Counted from the stretch's first letter, positions 1 through 10,498 are shown. The stretch is 64,000 bases of DNA from Candidatus Doudnabacteria bacterium (GCA_016186915.1 JACPKU010000006.1:350086-414085), one strand, 5' to 3'. Notes: generated by a model from the sequence alone, not told the origin. Program-made: numbers and translations.

Positions 1-224
1 AGGTTGAGGAAAAAAGCTACCAGCAAACAGGCCGAGAAATTGCCTGTTCTGCCCTCCCGGAATACCGGCCAGACGACAAAGCCGCAAGGCTCATACAAGC
101 CCACCACAGCACTCCAGAAGCAAGGACGCTCCTGGAACAAAGCATTAAGTTTCTCCACCGGCTGGTCCACTACGAACCCGGAGCCCAGCGAGGGAGTTAG
201 GGCGAAGCCTATGGGCAAGCGCAA

Positions 225-268
225 AAGCGCCGAAGGAATAGACAACATCCTTCGGCGCCTTATTTTTT
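225..268. terminator. Bidirectional rho-independent terminator candidate: 10-bp stem gcgccgaagg/ccttcggcgc followed by T-run on + strand (TTTT on - strand), downstream of pnp
   Basis: Perfect inverted repeat read directly in sequence, T-rich tail. Confidence 0.5.
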
Positions 269-278
269 AGAACTTTAC

Positions 279-2513
279 TTAATGCCTTGGGCCGTGCGGC
301 CTGCCGCCTCTTGGCCCGCCGCGATGCGATCCACCTCTACGGGATCCATTCGACCCAGGATGGAAATCTCTTGGCCGTTCGTCGAAAGTTCCGCCTTCAG
401 GGCGGGGAAGCAAGGCCTTGCGTGAAAGGTTGATTCTGCCCTGTTCGTCAATTTCTTTAATCTTCACCTCCACTTCGTCTCCAATATTCACCACGTCTTC
501 CACGCGGTTGACGTGGTTGTGTTCAAGTTCAGAAATGTGCACCAAGCCTTCGTGGCCCGGAACAATCTCCACAAACGCGCCGAAATCCATAATCCTGGTC
601 ACTTTGCCTTTGAACACTTCTCCCGCTTTGAACTCACGCGTTAAGTCGTGGATCCAGTCCAAAGCTTTTTTACTGGCCTCGGCGTCGTTAGACGTAACCA
701 TCACCAGCCCTGAATCTTCGATATCAATCTGCACGCCGGTTTCGGCAATGATTTTGTTGATCACTTTGCCGCCGGTACCGATAACGTCGCGAATTTTCTC
801 CGGGTTGATCTGAAGAGTGGTGATTCTGGGAGCCAACGGCGACATTTCTGCTCGGGGTTCAGCTATGGTTTCTTTCATAACTTTCAAGATATGGAGTCTG
901 CCGTCCCTGGCTTGTTTCAATGCCTGCTCTAAAATCTCCACGGTAAGAGATTTCGATTTCACATCCATCTGCAGAGCGCTAATCCCCTTTTCTGATCCAG
1001 TAACTTTGAAGTCCATGTCCCCGCTGGAATCTTCTATGCCTTGGATGTCTGTCAGGATCTTATACTTCCCGCTGTCTTTATCCAGCACCGCACCCATGGC
1101 CACTCCGCCAATCATGTCTGTAATTGGCACCCCGGCGTCCATCAAAGACAGGGTCGAGCCGCAAGTCGAAGCCATGCTCGTGGAACCGTTGGAAGACAGC
1201 ACTTCGGAAACCAGGCGCAACGTATAGGGGAATTTCTCTTTATCCGGGATAACCAGCTCCACCGCTCGCTCCGCAAGCGCGCCGTGTCCCGTCTCTCGCC
1301 GGCCCGGTCCTCGCATGGGAGAGACTTCGCCCACCGAGTAACCGGGAAAATTATAGTGGTGAATGTATCGCTTGGTAGTCTCTTCAAAATTTTCCATGCC
1401 GTCTAGGATCTGGGCATCGCCGCTGGAGCCGAGGGTTACGATGGAGAGCACTTGGGTCTCGCCGCGGTTAAAAATTGCCGAACCGTGCGTTCGAGGAAGC
1501 ACTCCGACTTCACAAGAAACCGGTCTGGTTTCTGTCAACGGCCGCTCGTCTATTCTTCGCTCTTTTTCCAGGATGTTAGTCCGGATAATTTTCTTGGTCA
1601 GTTTTTCTAGGGAAAGATCAATACTCAACGCCACGTTCAATTCAGGGTTGTCTTTATATTTTTCACTGATATGCTTGGCGGTTTCCAGGTTTACCGCTGC
1701 CACCTGCTTGTCTCTTTGGTGTTTAGGAAACTTACCGTACAAAGCTTTTTCCAACCGGTCTCGGGCATAGGCTTCGACGTCGGCCAAAATTTTCTCATCT
1801 GGCAGAACTTTCATCACTGCCGCCTTTGTCGGATTTACGGTCTTCACCAATTCTTCTTGCATCTTGATTAGTTGGGCCAAGTACGGCTGGGCGAACTTAA
1901 TGGCTTCTATTATGTCGGCTTCGCTGACCAGGCCAGCTTCGGCTTCCACCATGAGCACATGTTCAACCGTTCCCGAAATTACGAGATCCAAATCCCCCTG
2001 TTCTCGTTCGGTATAAGAGGGGTTAATCACGAGTTTTTTGTCCACTCTGCCTACGCGGACCGCCGCGATCGGCCCATCAAACGGAATATCCGAAGTCGAC
2101 AGCGCCGCCGAAGCCGCATTGATTGCCACAATGTCCGGATCGCTCACTTCATCTACAGAAAGAATGGTGGCTACCACCTGGACGTCGTTGCGCATCCCGT
2201 CAGGAAACAGCGGTCGGATACTGCGGTCAATCAAGCGCCCTGAAAGTACGGCTTCGTCTGTGGCTCGGCCTTCTCTTTTGATGAATCTTGATCCTTTGAT
2301 TTTGCCTGAAGCATACAGCCGTTCCTCATAATCCACGAGGAGCGGAAAATAGCTCATGCCTTCACGCACAGTTTGGCTCATGGTGGCCGTAACGAGCACT
2401 ACGGTGTCGTCCAGACGCGCCAAAAAAGAACTGTTGGCCTGTTGAGCCAAAGCTCCAGACTCCAAGGAAAACTTCTTCCCAGCAAGATCAATCTCTTTTC
2501 TAATTACACTCAT
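279..2513 (-). CDS. pnp: Polyribonucleotide nucleotidyltransferase (PNPase) with two RNase PH domains, KH and S1 domains and Gly/Arg-rich C-terminal tail
   Basis: 744-aa ORF; KH/S1 motifs near C-terminus; conserved rpsO-pnp gene order with structured leader. Confidence 0.97.
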   Translation of the reverse strand: MSVIRKEIDLAGKKFSLESGALAQQANSSFLARLDDTVVLVTATMSQTVREGMSYFPLLVDYEERLYASGKIKGSRFIKREGRATDEAVLSGRLIDRSIRPLFPDGMRNDVQVVATILSVDEVSDPDIVAINAASAALSTSDIPFDGPIAAVRVGRVDKKLVINPSYTEREQGDLDLVISGTVEHVLMVEAEAGLVSEADIIEAIKFAQPYLAQLIKMQEELVKTVNPTKAAVMKVLPDEKILADVEAYARDRLEKALYGKFPKHQRDKQVAAVNLETAKHISEKYKDNPELNVALSIDLSLEKLTKKIIRTNILEKERRIDERPLTETRPVSCEVGVLPRTHGSAIFNRGETQVLSIVTLGSSGDAQILDGMENFEETTKRYIHHYNFPGYSVGEVSPMRGPGRRETGHGALAERAVELVIPDKEKFPYTLRLVSEVLSSNGSTSMASTCGSTLSLMDAGVPITDMIGGVAMGAVLDKDSGKYKILTDIQGIEDSSGDMDFKVTGSEKGISALQMDVKSKSLTVEILEQALKQARDGRLHILKVMKETIAEPRAEMSPLAPRITTLQINPEKIRDVIGTGGKVINKIIAETGVQIDIEDSGLVMVTSNDAEASKKALDWIHDLTREFKAGEVFKGKVTRIMDFGAFVEIVPGHEGLVHISELEHNHVNRVEDVVNIGDEVEVKIKEIDEQGRINLSRKALLPRPEGGTFDERPRDFHPGSNGSRRGGSHRGGPRGGRPHGPRH

Positions 2514-2713
2514 TCAATTGTCCTTTTTGTTTCCGTAGGCGAGTGTGACGTACCAGAAGTTGTATCAGACCATAACCACATGGTTACAAGCTAATACGAC
2601 CTCTGCTTGTCGTACTCGTTTACGAAAACTTAATTATGAATTAACCATTCCGGACGCCACGAAGGGCGATCCGGAATCTAGATCCTGAATCAAGTTCAGG
2701 ATGACACTGCGTG

Positions 2714-2980
2714 TCATTTTTTAAGCTTCAAGCGCGTGATCAATTTTTCGTACCTTTTCTCGTCCTCGCTCGATAGATAACGAAGCAACCTTCTTCGGTT
2801 GCCCACCATCTTGAGCAATCCTCGGCGAGAATGGTTGTCTTTTTTGTGCAGGAGCAAGTGCTCCGACACCTTCTCAATCTCACGAGTGAGGATGGCCACT
2901 TGGACTTCCGGACTGCCCGTGTCGTCCTTGTGGACCTGATACTTTTTAATGATCGCGTCTTTCTCTTTGGGAGTTAGCAT
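2714..2980 (-). CDS. rpsO: 30S ribosomal protein S15
   Basis: 88-aa ORF with typical S15 sequence ([12 protein letters not shown]...[16 protein letters not shown]); immediately upstream of pnp; hairpin cctgaatcaagttcagg downstream. Confidence 0.95.
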   Translation of the reverse strand: MLTPKEKDAIIKKYQVHKDDTGSPEVQVAILTREIEKVSEHLLLHKKDNHSRRGLLKMVGNRRRLLRYLSSEDEKRYEKLITRLKLKK

Positions 2981-3155
2981 AAATTCCTTTCTAGCATGCC
3001 CGCCATAGTTTTAGAGGCGGAGGGTCACGAACCGGTCAGAGAAAACCAGCCGTCAAAGTTAATAACAGAAGTATTTTAGCAATAAGTTTGGTATTTGACA
3101 AGCTTGTATGTATAATATGACCACACGTACACCAACAACCCATATGGGAGGACTT

Positions 3156-3851
3156 ATGAGCAGGTTCAAAAAAGCCACTCCCTGCAATAACGGGGTGGTG
3201 CTTGCCGTGGATTTTGACTTCCCGATGTTCCATCAATCGCACGTGTACCAAAACGATCCGTGTGTCCGCTTAGTCAGTTCGGCCGAGATTACCCACAAGT
3301 TCGAGCTGCCGCCCAACTGCACCACAGTGATCTTCTGGATCCGCCGGCAAACCGAGGTGGAGAAAACCCTGAATCGCAAAGCAAAAAAGCTCGGAGTCAA
3401 TCTGGTCTACCAGACCACGACCTACAACGAAGCGCTCAAATCGTTGGAGGGGTTCTGGAGCTGGAACTTCCAAGCTGCGAAACGGCGTCCAATTCACATA
3501 AGGGACAACGTCGATCAAGAGCCGCTCCCGCCGCCTAAATTTTCGGGACATCGCCTGCGTGCCAAGAGCCTTGAGGAGCTGGTCGAAAGGCACGGACTGA
3601 ATCTGACAGTGCCAATCAATGATGAGGTGACCAGGCTCCAGACCCACGCCACCTATGACGGCCCGCACCTCAAGGACTCAGAGATCCGCCTCCTCATCCG
3701 CAAGCGGCGACGTGAGCAAAACGTGATTTCTCAAAGGCCGCCGCCTCATCATGGAGACGCTGCGGACAACCAGCCACCGGACAGACGAACACCCAAGCCT
3801 CGGCAGAAAAAGCCGCCGCCGCACAAAAACGGCCGGTCTTTGCAAACTTAA
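3156..3851 (+). CDS. Hypothetical protein with Pro/Arg/Lys-rich C-terminus (start chosen at ATG with GGGAGG Shine-Dalgarno)
   Basis: Long ORF, ~60% GC unlike surroundings, good RBS 7 nt upstream of 3156; no recognisable domain. Confidence 0.45.
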   Translation: MSRFKKATPCNNGVVLAVDFDFPMFHQSHVYQNDPCVRLVSSAEITHKFELPPNCTTVIFWIRRQTEVEKTLNRKAKKLGVNLVYQTTTYNEALKSLEGFWSWNFQAAKRRPIHIRDNVDQEPLPPPKFSGHRLRAKSLEELVERHGLNLTVPINDEVTRLQTHATYDGPHLKDSEIRLLIRKRRREQNVISQRPPPHHGDAADNQPPDRRTPKPRQKKPPPHKNGRSLQT

Positions 3852-3942
3852 CCAACCGCAGTGTTTGGAACTCACCAGTTCAGACATTGCGGGCTTTTTT
3901 ATAGGACAAAATAATGCTACAATTATTTTACGACGAGCTAAT

Positions 3943-4929
3943 ATGACAGAAACAAAGAACCAATCTTCGCCAAGGCTTCGGCCGGCGAGTAAATTAGAAA
4001 AATACGCCAAACAGTTTCTTGAATACCTCGAGGTTGAGCGCAATCGATCGCAGTTGACCTTGCGCAACTATGATCATTATTTGAAACGATTTATAGAGTT
4101 CGCGAACAAGCAGGGTGTTACCGACCCTAAAGATATTGATCAAGAACTTATCCGCACCTATCGACTGTTTCTTAATCGCCTAACAGAAAAAGATAAATCT
4201 TTAAAAATCGTCACCCAGACTTATCACTTGATAGCCTTGCGCAGCTTTTTTAAATATTTGGCCAAGCGGGACATTGCCACCCCGGCCCCGGATAAAATTG
4301 AGCTGCCGAAGGTGCCCTCCCGGCAGGTTGCTTTCTTAGAAAACGATGATATTGAAAAACTCCTCGCCGCCACGAACGAAGAAGAAAACCCACTGGCACA
4401 ACTTCGCGATCGGGCCATCATTGCCGCGCTTTTTTCCACCGGGCTTCGCATCTCCGAACTAATCAGCCTCAAGCGCGACAGCATCAATCTGAAAAAAGGC
4501 GAGTTCACTGTGCGCGGCAAAGGAGACAAACTCCGGCTGGTGTTTTTGTCTGAAGATGCAGTAGAGGCGATCAAAAAATACTTAGATGCGAGAGTGGATA
4601 ATTCCCGTGCCTTGTTTATCCGCCACGATGCCAAAGAATCAGTGGAAAAACAGATAGAATCCCAAGACAAAAAACTGCCCGGGCTCACTGCCAGAACCGT
4701 CCAGCGGATCATCAAGAAATACGCCAAGCTGGCCGGGATCACCAAAAAAATCAGCCCCCATACCCTGCGCCATTCGTTCGCCACGGATCTTTTGGCCAAT
4801 GGCGCGGATCTACGCGCGGTGCAAGAACTTTTGGGACACTCGTCCATCACCACGACCCAGATCTATACCCATATTACCAATAGACGATTGAAAGACGTGT
4901 ACAAAACTTTTCACAAAAAACCCAAATAA
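3943..4929 (+). CDS. Tyrosine site-specific recombinase, XerC/XerD family
   Basis: C-terminal catalytic motif HTLRHSFATDLLANGADLRAVQELLGHSSITTTQIYTH; N-terminal SAM-like core-binding domain; start moved to MTETKNQ. Confidence 0.85.
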   Translation: MTETKNQSSPRLRPASKLEKYAKQFLEYLEVERNRSQLTLRNYDHYLKRFIEFANKQGVTDPKDIDQELIRTYRLFLNRLTEKDKSLKIVTQTYHLIALRSFFKYLAKRDIATPAPDKIELPKVPSRQVAFLENDDIEKLLAATNEEENPLAQLRDRAIIAALFSTGLRISELISLKRDSINLKKGEFTVRGKGDKLRLVFLSEDAVEAIKKYLDARVDNSRALFIRHDAKESVEKQIESQDKKLPGLTARTVQRIIKKYAKLAGITKKISPHTLRHSFATDLLANGADLRAVQELLGHSSITTTQIYTHITNRRLKDVYKTFHKKPK

Positions 4930-4933
4930 TCAC

Positions 4934-6691
4934 CTATGCTTTGACTGACTCTTTCGCGGCAATCTGGTTGCGCCAGAGCGCGGCATACAAGCCTTTTTGT
5001 TTCAGAAGCTCGTCGTGCTGGCCTTGTTCGACAATCTTCCCTTTTTCCAAAACATAAATTACATCCGCGTGCGCCACGGTAGAAAGCCTATGGGCCACCA
5101 ACACAGTCATCAACCCAGGTCTCGATCTCTCCACCTGCTTGATGGTTTGCGTAATCTGCTCTTCAGTGATCGAGTCTAGGCTCGACGTGGCTTCGTCAAA
5201 AATAATCAGCTCGGGTTTACGCAACAACGCTCGGGCAATCGCCAGGCGCTGTTTTTCACCACCGGAAAGTTTTAATCCCCCTTCGCCAATTTTGGTTGCC
5301 AAGCCCGCTGCTCCTCTTTTGAGCAAGCTCATGGCTGCTGCTGCTTGCAAGGCCTGCAAACAATCTTCGTCCGAACCCTTGGGATAGGCAAACAGCAAAT
5401 TTTCCCGGATCGTGCCGGCAAACAGCTGCGTGTCCTGCGACACAAGGCCAATTTTGTTTCTCACCTGTTCGAAGTCCAGTTCATTCACATTGGTTTCATT
5501 AAACAAAATCGCGCCTTCGGTCGGCTTGTAAAGTCCGACCAATAATTTCACGAGTGTGGTTTTACCGCTGCCAGAAGGACCTACAAACGCGACAGTTTCT
5601 CCGGGTCTGATGACGAGCTGAATACCCTCAACCGCTGAGCCTACTGCCGAAGCATATCTGAAGCCCACATCCACGAAATTAATCTCCTGAATTTTTTCAA
5701 GTCTGACAGCCTGCTTGGGCTTGGCTTCGGGTTGAATTTTCAAAATCTCATGCAAACGATCCAGACTCGCCCGCGCTTCCTGATATTGCTGGGCCACTTC
5801 ACCGAAACTGGACAGCGGGTTGAAAATGAAAAATGAATAAAACAGCAAACTAAAGAACTCGCCGAAAGTAATGCTGCCGACAAAGATCAGCCACAACATC
5901 AGAAACATCAGGCCGGAACGCAGGGCATTAATCACGGTGCCCTGGATGAAACTGAAAGTGCGCACGATTTTGATTTTCTCAAGTTCTAACTCCAAAATCT
6001 GGGAGTTGGTGTCATTCAGCCGTTTGATCTCCTGATTTTCCAGGCCCAGACTTTTGACCAACTCCACGTTGCGCAGAGTTTCGGTGGTGGAACCGGCCAA
6101 AGCCGCGGTTTGGTGGATAATGCGGATTTGCGCCTGCTTAATTTTACGGCTGATGAGATAGGTCGTGAGCCCCAAACTCGGAATCATTAGGGCATACATC
6201 AGCCCGATACCCCAGTGCACGTAAAACGCATACGCCATGACAAACACAATCCCGACCAGTGAGAAAAACAGAATATTGACGCTGGAGGTAATGAAAACTT
6301 CTGAATCCGTCCGCGCTTTCTGCAGTTTCTGCAAAAATTCGCCGGAACGCTGGTCTTCGAACACGCTATAAGGCAAGGAAAAGGAATGTTCCACCGAGTG
6401 CGCGTACATCTGGGTGCCGACTTTCTGCACCACCACATTAAGGTAATAATCCTGAAAATTCTTGGCTACTCTTGACACTAAGGCCACGCCCACCGTGCCC
6501 AAAAGCAGCAGCAATATGCCGCGCAAAAAATCAGCGCTGGCAATCTGGCCAATCTTGGTAATATAATTGTCCACGATCAGGCGGAAAATCTGGGGATCAA
6601 GAAGCGAAAACACCTGGTTGACTATGGCCAAAACCAGAGTCCCTCCCAAAACTTTTTTATATTGTTTGAGATATGTCCAAAGCAACTTCAT
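4934..6691 (-). CDS. ABC transporter, fused permease/ATP-binding exporter (MsbA-like type I exporter)
   Basis: Six-TM N-terminal domain plus Walker A GPSGSGKTT, signature LSGGEKQRLAIARAL, Walker B IIFDEATSSLD. Confidence 0.9.
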   Translation of the reverse strand: MKLLWTYLKQYKKVLGGTLVLAIVNQVFSLLDPQIFRLIVDNYITKIGQIASADFLRGILLLLLGTVGVALVSRVAKNFQDYYLNVVVQKVGTQMYAHSVEHSFSLPYSVFEDQRSGEFLQKLQKARTDSEVFITSSVNILFFSLVGIVFVMAYAFYVHWGIGLMYALMIPSLGLTTYLISRKIKQAQIRIIHQTAALAGSTTETLRNVELVKSLGLENQEIKRLNDTNSQILELELEKIKIVRTFSFIQGTVINALRSGLMFLMLWLIFVGSITFGEFFSLLFYSFFIFNPLSSFGEVAQQYQEARASLDRLHEILKIQPEAKPKQAVRLEKIQEINFVDVGFRYASAVGSAVEGIQLVIRPGETVAFVGPSGSGKTTLVKLLVGLYKPTEGAILFNETNVNELDFEQVRNKIGLVSQDTQLFAGTIRENLLFAYPKGSDEDCLQALQAAAAMSLLKRGAAGLATKIGEGGLKLSGGEKQRLAIARALLRKPELIIFDEATSSLDSITEEQITQTIKQVERSRPGLMTVLVAHRLSTVAHADVIYVLEKGKIVEQGQHDELLKQKGLYAALWRNQIAAKESVKA

Positions 6692-6758
6692 ACCTGTATA
6701 TTATATATATCATCGAGGAATAAAAAAAGAGCCAGGGCTCGGAGACGTGAGGGGTTCC

Positions 6759-7274
6759 TTACGTTCCCGAGACCTGACTGATGGCCAGACGGATGATCCT
6801 GTCTTGTTGCGCCCGCACCCATTCGTCACCTTCCGTGTGCGGACGGAAGACGATAGTCAGCTTGCCGACAGCGAAGAAACCCTCACCCGCGCCTTCAAAT
6901 GCTGGTTTGAGCGGAGCAAGAAGGACCAGGTCTTGGCCTATGTCCTGCGCCTCACCGCCAATCTCGTCCACCTGTAGTGTCAACCGCGCGAGATTGTTGG
7001 CGTTCACCCGAAGCCACTTGTGAATCCGCGAGTCAGGCTCGCAGATGAGCGTTACCCGGGTGCCGAGAGAGAAATAGCATTCCCCGACGGCCGGCGTATC
7101 AGCCTGCAGGAAATCCTGGATCTCGAGCCGTGTTGGGGACGTCTTCGACGTCTTCAGACTGGGCTGAGCCTGGGAACCGGATGGACATCCCCCCACGGCC
7201 CAGAGGAGGTAAACTACCCCAGCGGCCACACTTATTGACCAGCGAACCTTGGATCCAAATGGGCTGTCGATCAT
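6759..7274 (-). CDS. Hypothetical lipoprotein (signal peptide with lipobox-like AVGGC), upstream of and co-directional with the ABC exporter
   Basis: N-terminal hydrophobic segment ending in Cys; GC-rich ORF; no recognisable domain. Confidence 0.4.
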   Translation of the reverse strand: MIDSPFGSKVRWSISVAAGVVYLLWAVGGCPSGSQAQPSLKTSKTSPTRLEIQDFLQADTPAVGECYFSLGTRVTLICEPDSRIHKWLRVNANNLARLTLQVDEIGGEAQDIGQDLVLLAPLKPAFEGAGEGFFAVGKLTIVFRPHTEGDEWVRAQQDRIIRLAISQVSGT

Positions 7275-7554
7275 TATACACCTGCTTTCATTTCCCCCGT
7301 TTCAGATTTGCTTGAAGCATACTCCTGAAGTCAATTCCCCACAAGCCCGATAGCTTCCAAGGTTTGATTAAAAAAAATGTATATACTTCTGTTGTATTTA
7401 CAAACCGCCTAGCTTGACAACTACCCACCTATCGCATGGTAGTTGTCAAACGGTAAATCCAGATGGCAACACTAAAAACCGTAGTTAGAAACCGAATAAC
7501 CTACTAACATATATAATATCAAAAATACTCCCCTTGACTAATCTTTATTTATTC

Positions 7555-7821
7555 TCAGAATCCGAAGTTGGAAAGAGAATTGATAGTGATAAAACTAATA
7601 ATAGAAATTAATGTTAGTATACCCCCAATAATATACCAAATGGAACTATTAAATCTGGTTGAATAATTTTTAAATAAAATATATAGGGACGACAGGATGG
7701 GAATAAACAGTGTTAATCGCGACAAATTTTCGTTGGTACTTAATGGCGAGTACCAGAATATTAGATTTGGAAGCAAAATTAGTATTACCAAAATTAGACC
7801 AAATCTTTTATTTATACTCAT
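7555..7821 (-). CDS. Small hypothetical membrane protein within AT-rich island
   Basis: 88-aa ORF, three hydrophobic segments, directly downstream of lipase gene on same strand. Confidence 0.3.
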   Translation of the reverse strand: MSINKRFGLILVILILLPNLIFWYSPLSTNENLSRLTLFIPILSSLYILFKNYSTRFNSSIWYIIGGILTLISIISFITINSLSNFGF

Positions 7822-7826
7822 AAATT

Positions 7827-10385
7827 TTACTTAATTTCTATACTTATCATATCTTGTTTTATTAATAATTGCAAAAACTTCAAGCCTTCATAAGTCTCCA
7901 TTTCGGCTTTCTTGCCCTTTTCCTGAATGTGCACCTTGGAACTATCCTTATTCTCCTTATAATCTAGCATGGCTACTAATCCCCAAGATGTAAGTATCTG
8001 TTTAATACTCCGAATCTCTCCTTTCTTGTACTTCACATTAGTCGTAAACAGTGCTTTGACAGGCTGAATAAGACTTAAAATAGAGGTATTTTTATTTAAG
8101 CTTTTCCAAAAGTTTATAGTAAGACTATTCCCTACTTGATCCATAGCCGTACATTCAGTTTCAGAACATATTATACTCGGATCAGGATCAACTATATCTG
8201 ATGCTATGAATTCAAAATCCTGGGTCAGTGCGTTAAATTTTACAATTATTACAGGAGGTTCGTCATCTTTATCTTCGTCACCATTCAACACGGCGTCGGC
8301 ATTAAGAATATTAAAACCGCCATCTCCTTCGTAATCATAATTTACTTGCCCGTCCACGACCTCAATTTTAGTCAAATTAGTAATTGGAATATCGTTATAT
8401 ACTGTTGTGGTAGTAACTTGCCCATTGTCAATGTCAGAGATGATTAAATCAATCGTTGCCTCTTCTTCACCTAAGCCAATTATGGTATAGGTGTTGCCAT
8501 CATCAGTAGGAATATAGATGAATTTTTCTCCACCTATGATTTCGTAGTCAACCCCAGGCAGGTTGTTTTCGAATCCGCCTGGAATTGGCCCGGCATGGTT
8601 GCCATTCTGATCGTAAATATGAACTTCGACAGGGCTGCGCCATGTTAATTTCTTGCCCTTGAAATTACAAAAAGAAGTATTGTTACTAATATTGTTATTC
8701 AACTGGATATTGTCAGATAGGATACCTAAAATTAAGGCTCTGATACTAGGGTTGCTTGGAAGTTCAGCATGTGATCCGTTTCTAAGATAGTATTTATTTG
8801 GAGCGGGTATATTTACATGATCGGCACTGACCAAAGGGACTGTCCCGTCTCCTGAAGAATAACCAATGCTGCCGATAGAGTTATTGCCGATTCCATATCT
8901 ATAGGCCGACTGGGTTGCCGTACGACAGCCTGCAATATTATAAGCCTCAATTCCGCCGAAATCTTGATTAAATAATTGCTTATCGAAAAATTGATTAGAC
9001 ATCGAAAGAAGATTAGTATTCACGCCCTTAGCCATTAAAAAATCTTGAGTTTCTGTGTAATTGTATAGACTCTTTTTGAAAATATGATAAGGGGCGACAT
9101 AACCCAAAAAATTATCAAAATAGGTAGGATTTGGAAGTAATTGATAAACTGCAGGAGAATTATGAGCGATTTCCTGAATACGATCTTCTTCCAACCAGGG
9201 AATGCTCATGTGATCGCCGTACAAAAGAATTTTGGCAGCTTTAGGAGCACCTAAATGCGGGGTCCCGACAAAAATTAGTTTGTTTATTTTATCTTGTCCA
9301 TAAGTATCTAAATAATCTTCTACAAGCAACCCACCCATACTGTGAGCCACTATATCCACCTTCTGAAAACCTGTTAGCCCCTGGATTTGTTTGATCTTTT
9401 GGTTTAAGCTTGCTTTCGTAGTATCCAAATCTATCCGCCAGTCATATGGAAAGAAAAATAACGAATCATCTATAACATATCCTTCTAATATCATAGAATT
9501 AATAAGGGTAAAAAAGCTATCTAATATTATCTTATTTATTCCAATTTCAGGTGCAATAAAAGATATTTCGCGTATTATCTCACCGACTTTTATATTCTGT
9601 ACGGAATCCCCGTTTCCATTCAGGCTCAAATTTTCTGTCAAGAACTGATCATTAATATCAAAAAACATCCTTGGAATATTAGGCCAGATTAATTCATCTG
9701 ATGAATTTAATAATTCTGTCCCCGTAATCCCTGGTATAATCAGCACGGGGCGTTTGCCGGGAGGCTCGGCGCCGTCCACACTCCCCGTCGGATTTTGCAC
9801 ATTCTGGATATCAATCAAATAGGAATACGTGGCTTGTTTGTCTGGACTTGTTTTGCCGTCCCAAACTTCCAGCCAAACATAACGAGGGGCGAGGTTGGGA
9901 AAAATCTGGTGGATAATGCCGTTATTAAAAACCACTTGGTTATTGGTGGTATTGTAGGAAACAGTGTTGGGACCTGCTTGCAAGGGAGCGTCTCGGTCGG
10001 CGCCGCTAACCGGCCCAAAACCAAAAACAATCGCACAAGTAGCATTAAACGCATAAAGCTTAACCAATGAACCGGCGTTTGAAGCAGGATCAAACAACAG
10101 ATTTGGATGAAAGGTAATTAGCCCAGCAGAGGCAGTGACGAAGCTATTATTGTCTGTACCATAAGTAAAAGCCGTCTCTCCTTTTTCAAGCTCCATGTTA
10201 GACGTGATGTGGGCGCTCACTCCAAACCCGGGTAAAATTGCGTCCACTTGCTCGTCGTCACACGGTGTCTGGGGAAGATTCAGCGCTGCTGATGTCTGGT
10301 TGGCCGACAAAAATAACGCGCCTAAAATCAGCGCGCCTAAAGATATAATTTTTATTTTATTCAAAATCTTCGCCTCCGGAAACAT
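7827..10385 (-). CDS. Secreted alpha/beta-hydrolase, lipase/esterase-like (GHSMGG nucleophile elbow; PGAP1/LCAT-like) with large beta-rich C-terminal extension
   Basis: 852 aa, N-terminal signal peptide, motif VDIVAHSMGGLLVEDYL; lies in ~33% GC island. Confidence 0.75.
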   Translation of the reverse strand: MFPEAKILNKIKIISLGALILGALFLSANQTSAALNLPQTPCDDEQVDAILPGFGVSAHITSNMELEKGETAFTYGTDNNSFVTASAGLITFHPNLLFDPASNAGSLVKLYAFNATCAIVFGFGPVSGADRDAPLQAGPNTVSYNTTNNQVVFNNGIIHQIFPNLAPRYVWLEVWDGKTSPDKQATYSYLIDIQNVQNPTGSVDGAEPPGKRPVLIIPGITGTELLNSSDELIWPNIPRMFFDINDQFLTENLSLNGNGDSVQNIKVGEIIREISFIAPEIGINKIILDSFFTLINSMILEGYVIDDSLFFFPYDWRIDLDTTKASLNQKIKQIQGLTGFQKVDIVAHSMGGLLVEDYLDTYGQDKINKLIFVGTPHLGAPKAAKILLYGDHMSIPWLEEDRIQEIAHNSPAVYQLLPNPTYFDNFLGYVAPYHIFKKSLYNYTETQDFLMAKGVNTNLLSMSNQFFDKQLFNQDFGGIEAYNIAGCRTATQSAYRYGIGNNSIGSIGYSSGDGTVPLVSADHVNIPAPNKYYLRNGSHAELPSNPSIRALILGILSDNIQLNNNISNNTSFCNFKGKKLTWRSPVEVHIYDQNGNHAGPIPGGFENNLPGVDYEIIGGEKFIYIPTDDGNTYTIIGLGEEEATIDLIISDIDNGQVTTTTVYNDIPITNLTKIEVVDGQVNYDYEGDGGFNILNADAVLNGDEDKDDEPPVIIVKFNALTQDFEFIASDIVDPDPSIICSETECTAMDQVGNSLTINFWKSLNKNTSILSLIQPVKALFTTNVKYKKGEIRSIKQILTSWGLVAMLDYKENKDSSKVHIQEKGKKAEMETYEGLKFLQLLIKQDMISIEIK

Positions 10386-10454
10386 ATTTGTTTTAGTTAA
10401 ATCTCAGAACTTTATTATATCAAAAATTTAAGTAGCCTCCAATAAAATCGGACA

Positions 10455-10492
10455 AAAAAAGACTGGTGGGGCGTGCGGCCCACCAGCCGCGA
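10455..10492 (-). terminator. Rho-independent terminator for ACT-domain gene (hairpin ctggtggg/cccaccag then T7 on minus strand)
   Basis: Inverted repeat and A7 run on + strand read directly. Confidence 0.55.
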
Positions 10493-10498
10493 CAGAAG

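Noticed and set aside
4-270. 88-aa + strand ORF at window start
   Set aside because: Low-complexity basic protein with no family resemblance. It runs through the strong terminator hairpin at 225-268 downstream of pnp, and there is no RBS or start-codon context, so it is more likely non-coding.
418-2331. Multiple 100-136-aa ORFs on + strand inside pnp (418-813, 817-1227, 1041-1406, 1363-1770, 1872-2243 and others)
   Set aside because: Antisense shadow ORFs of a highly conserved gene: Ser/Thr/Pro-rich translations with no motifs.
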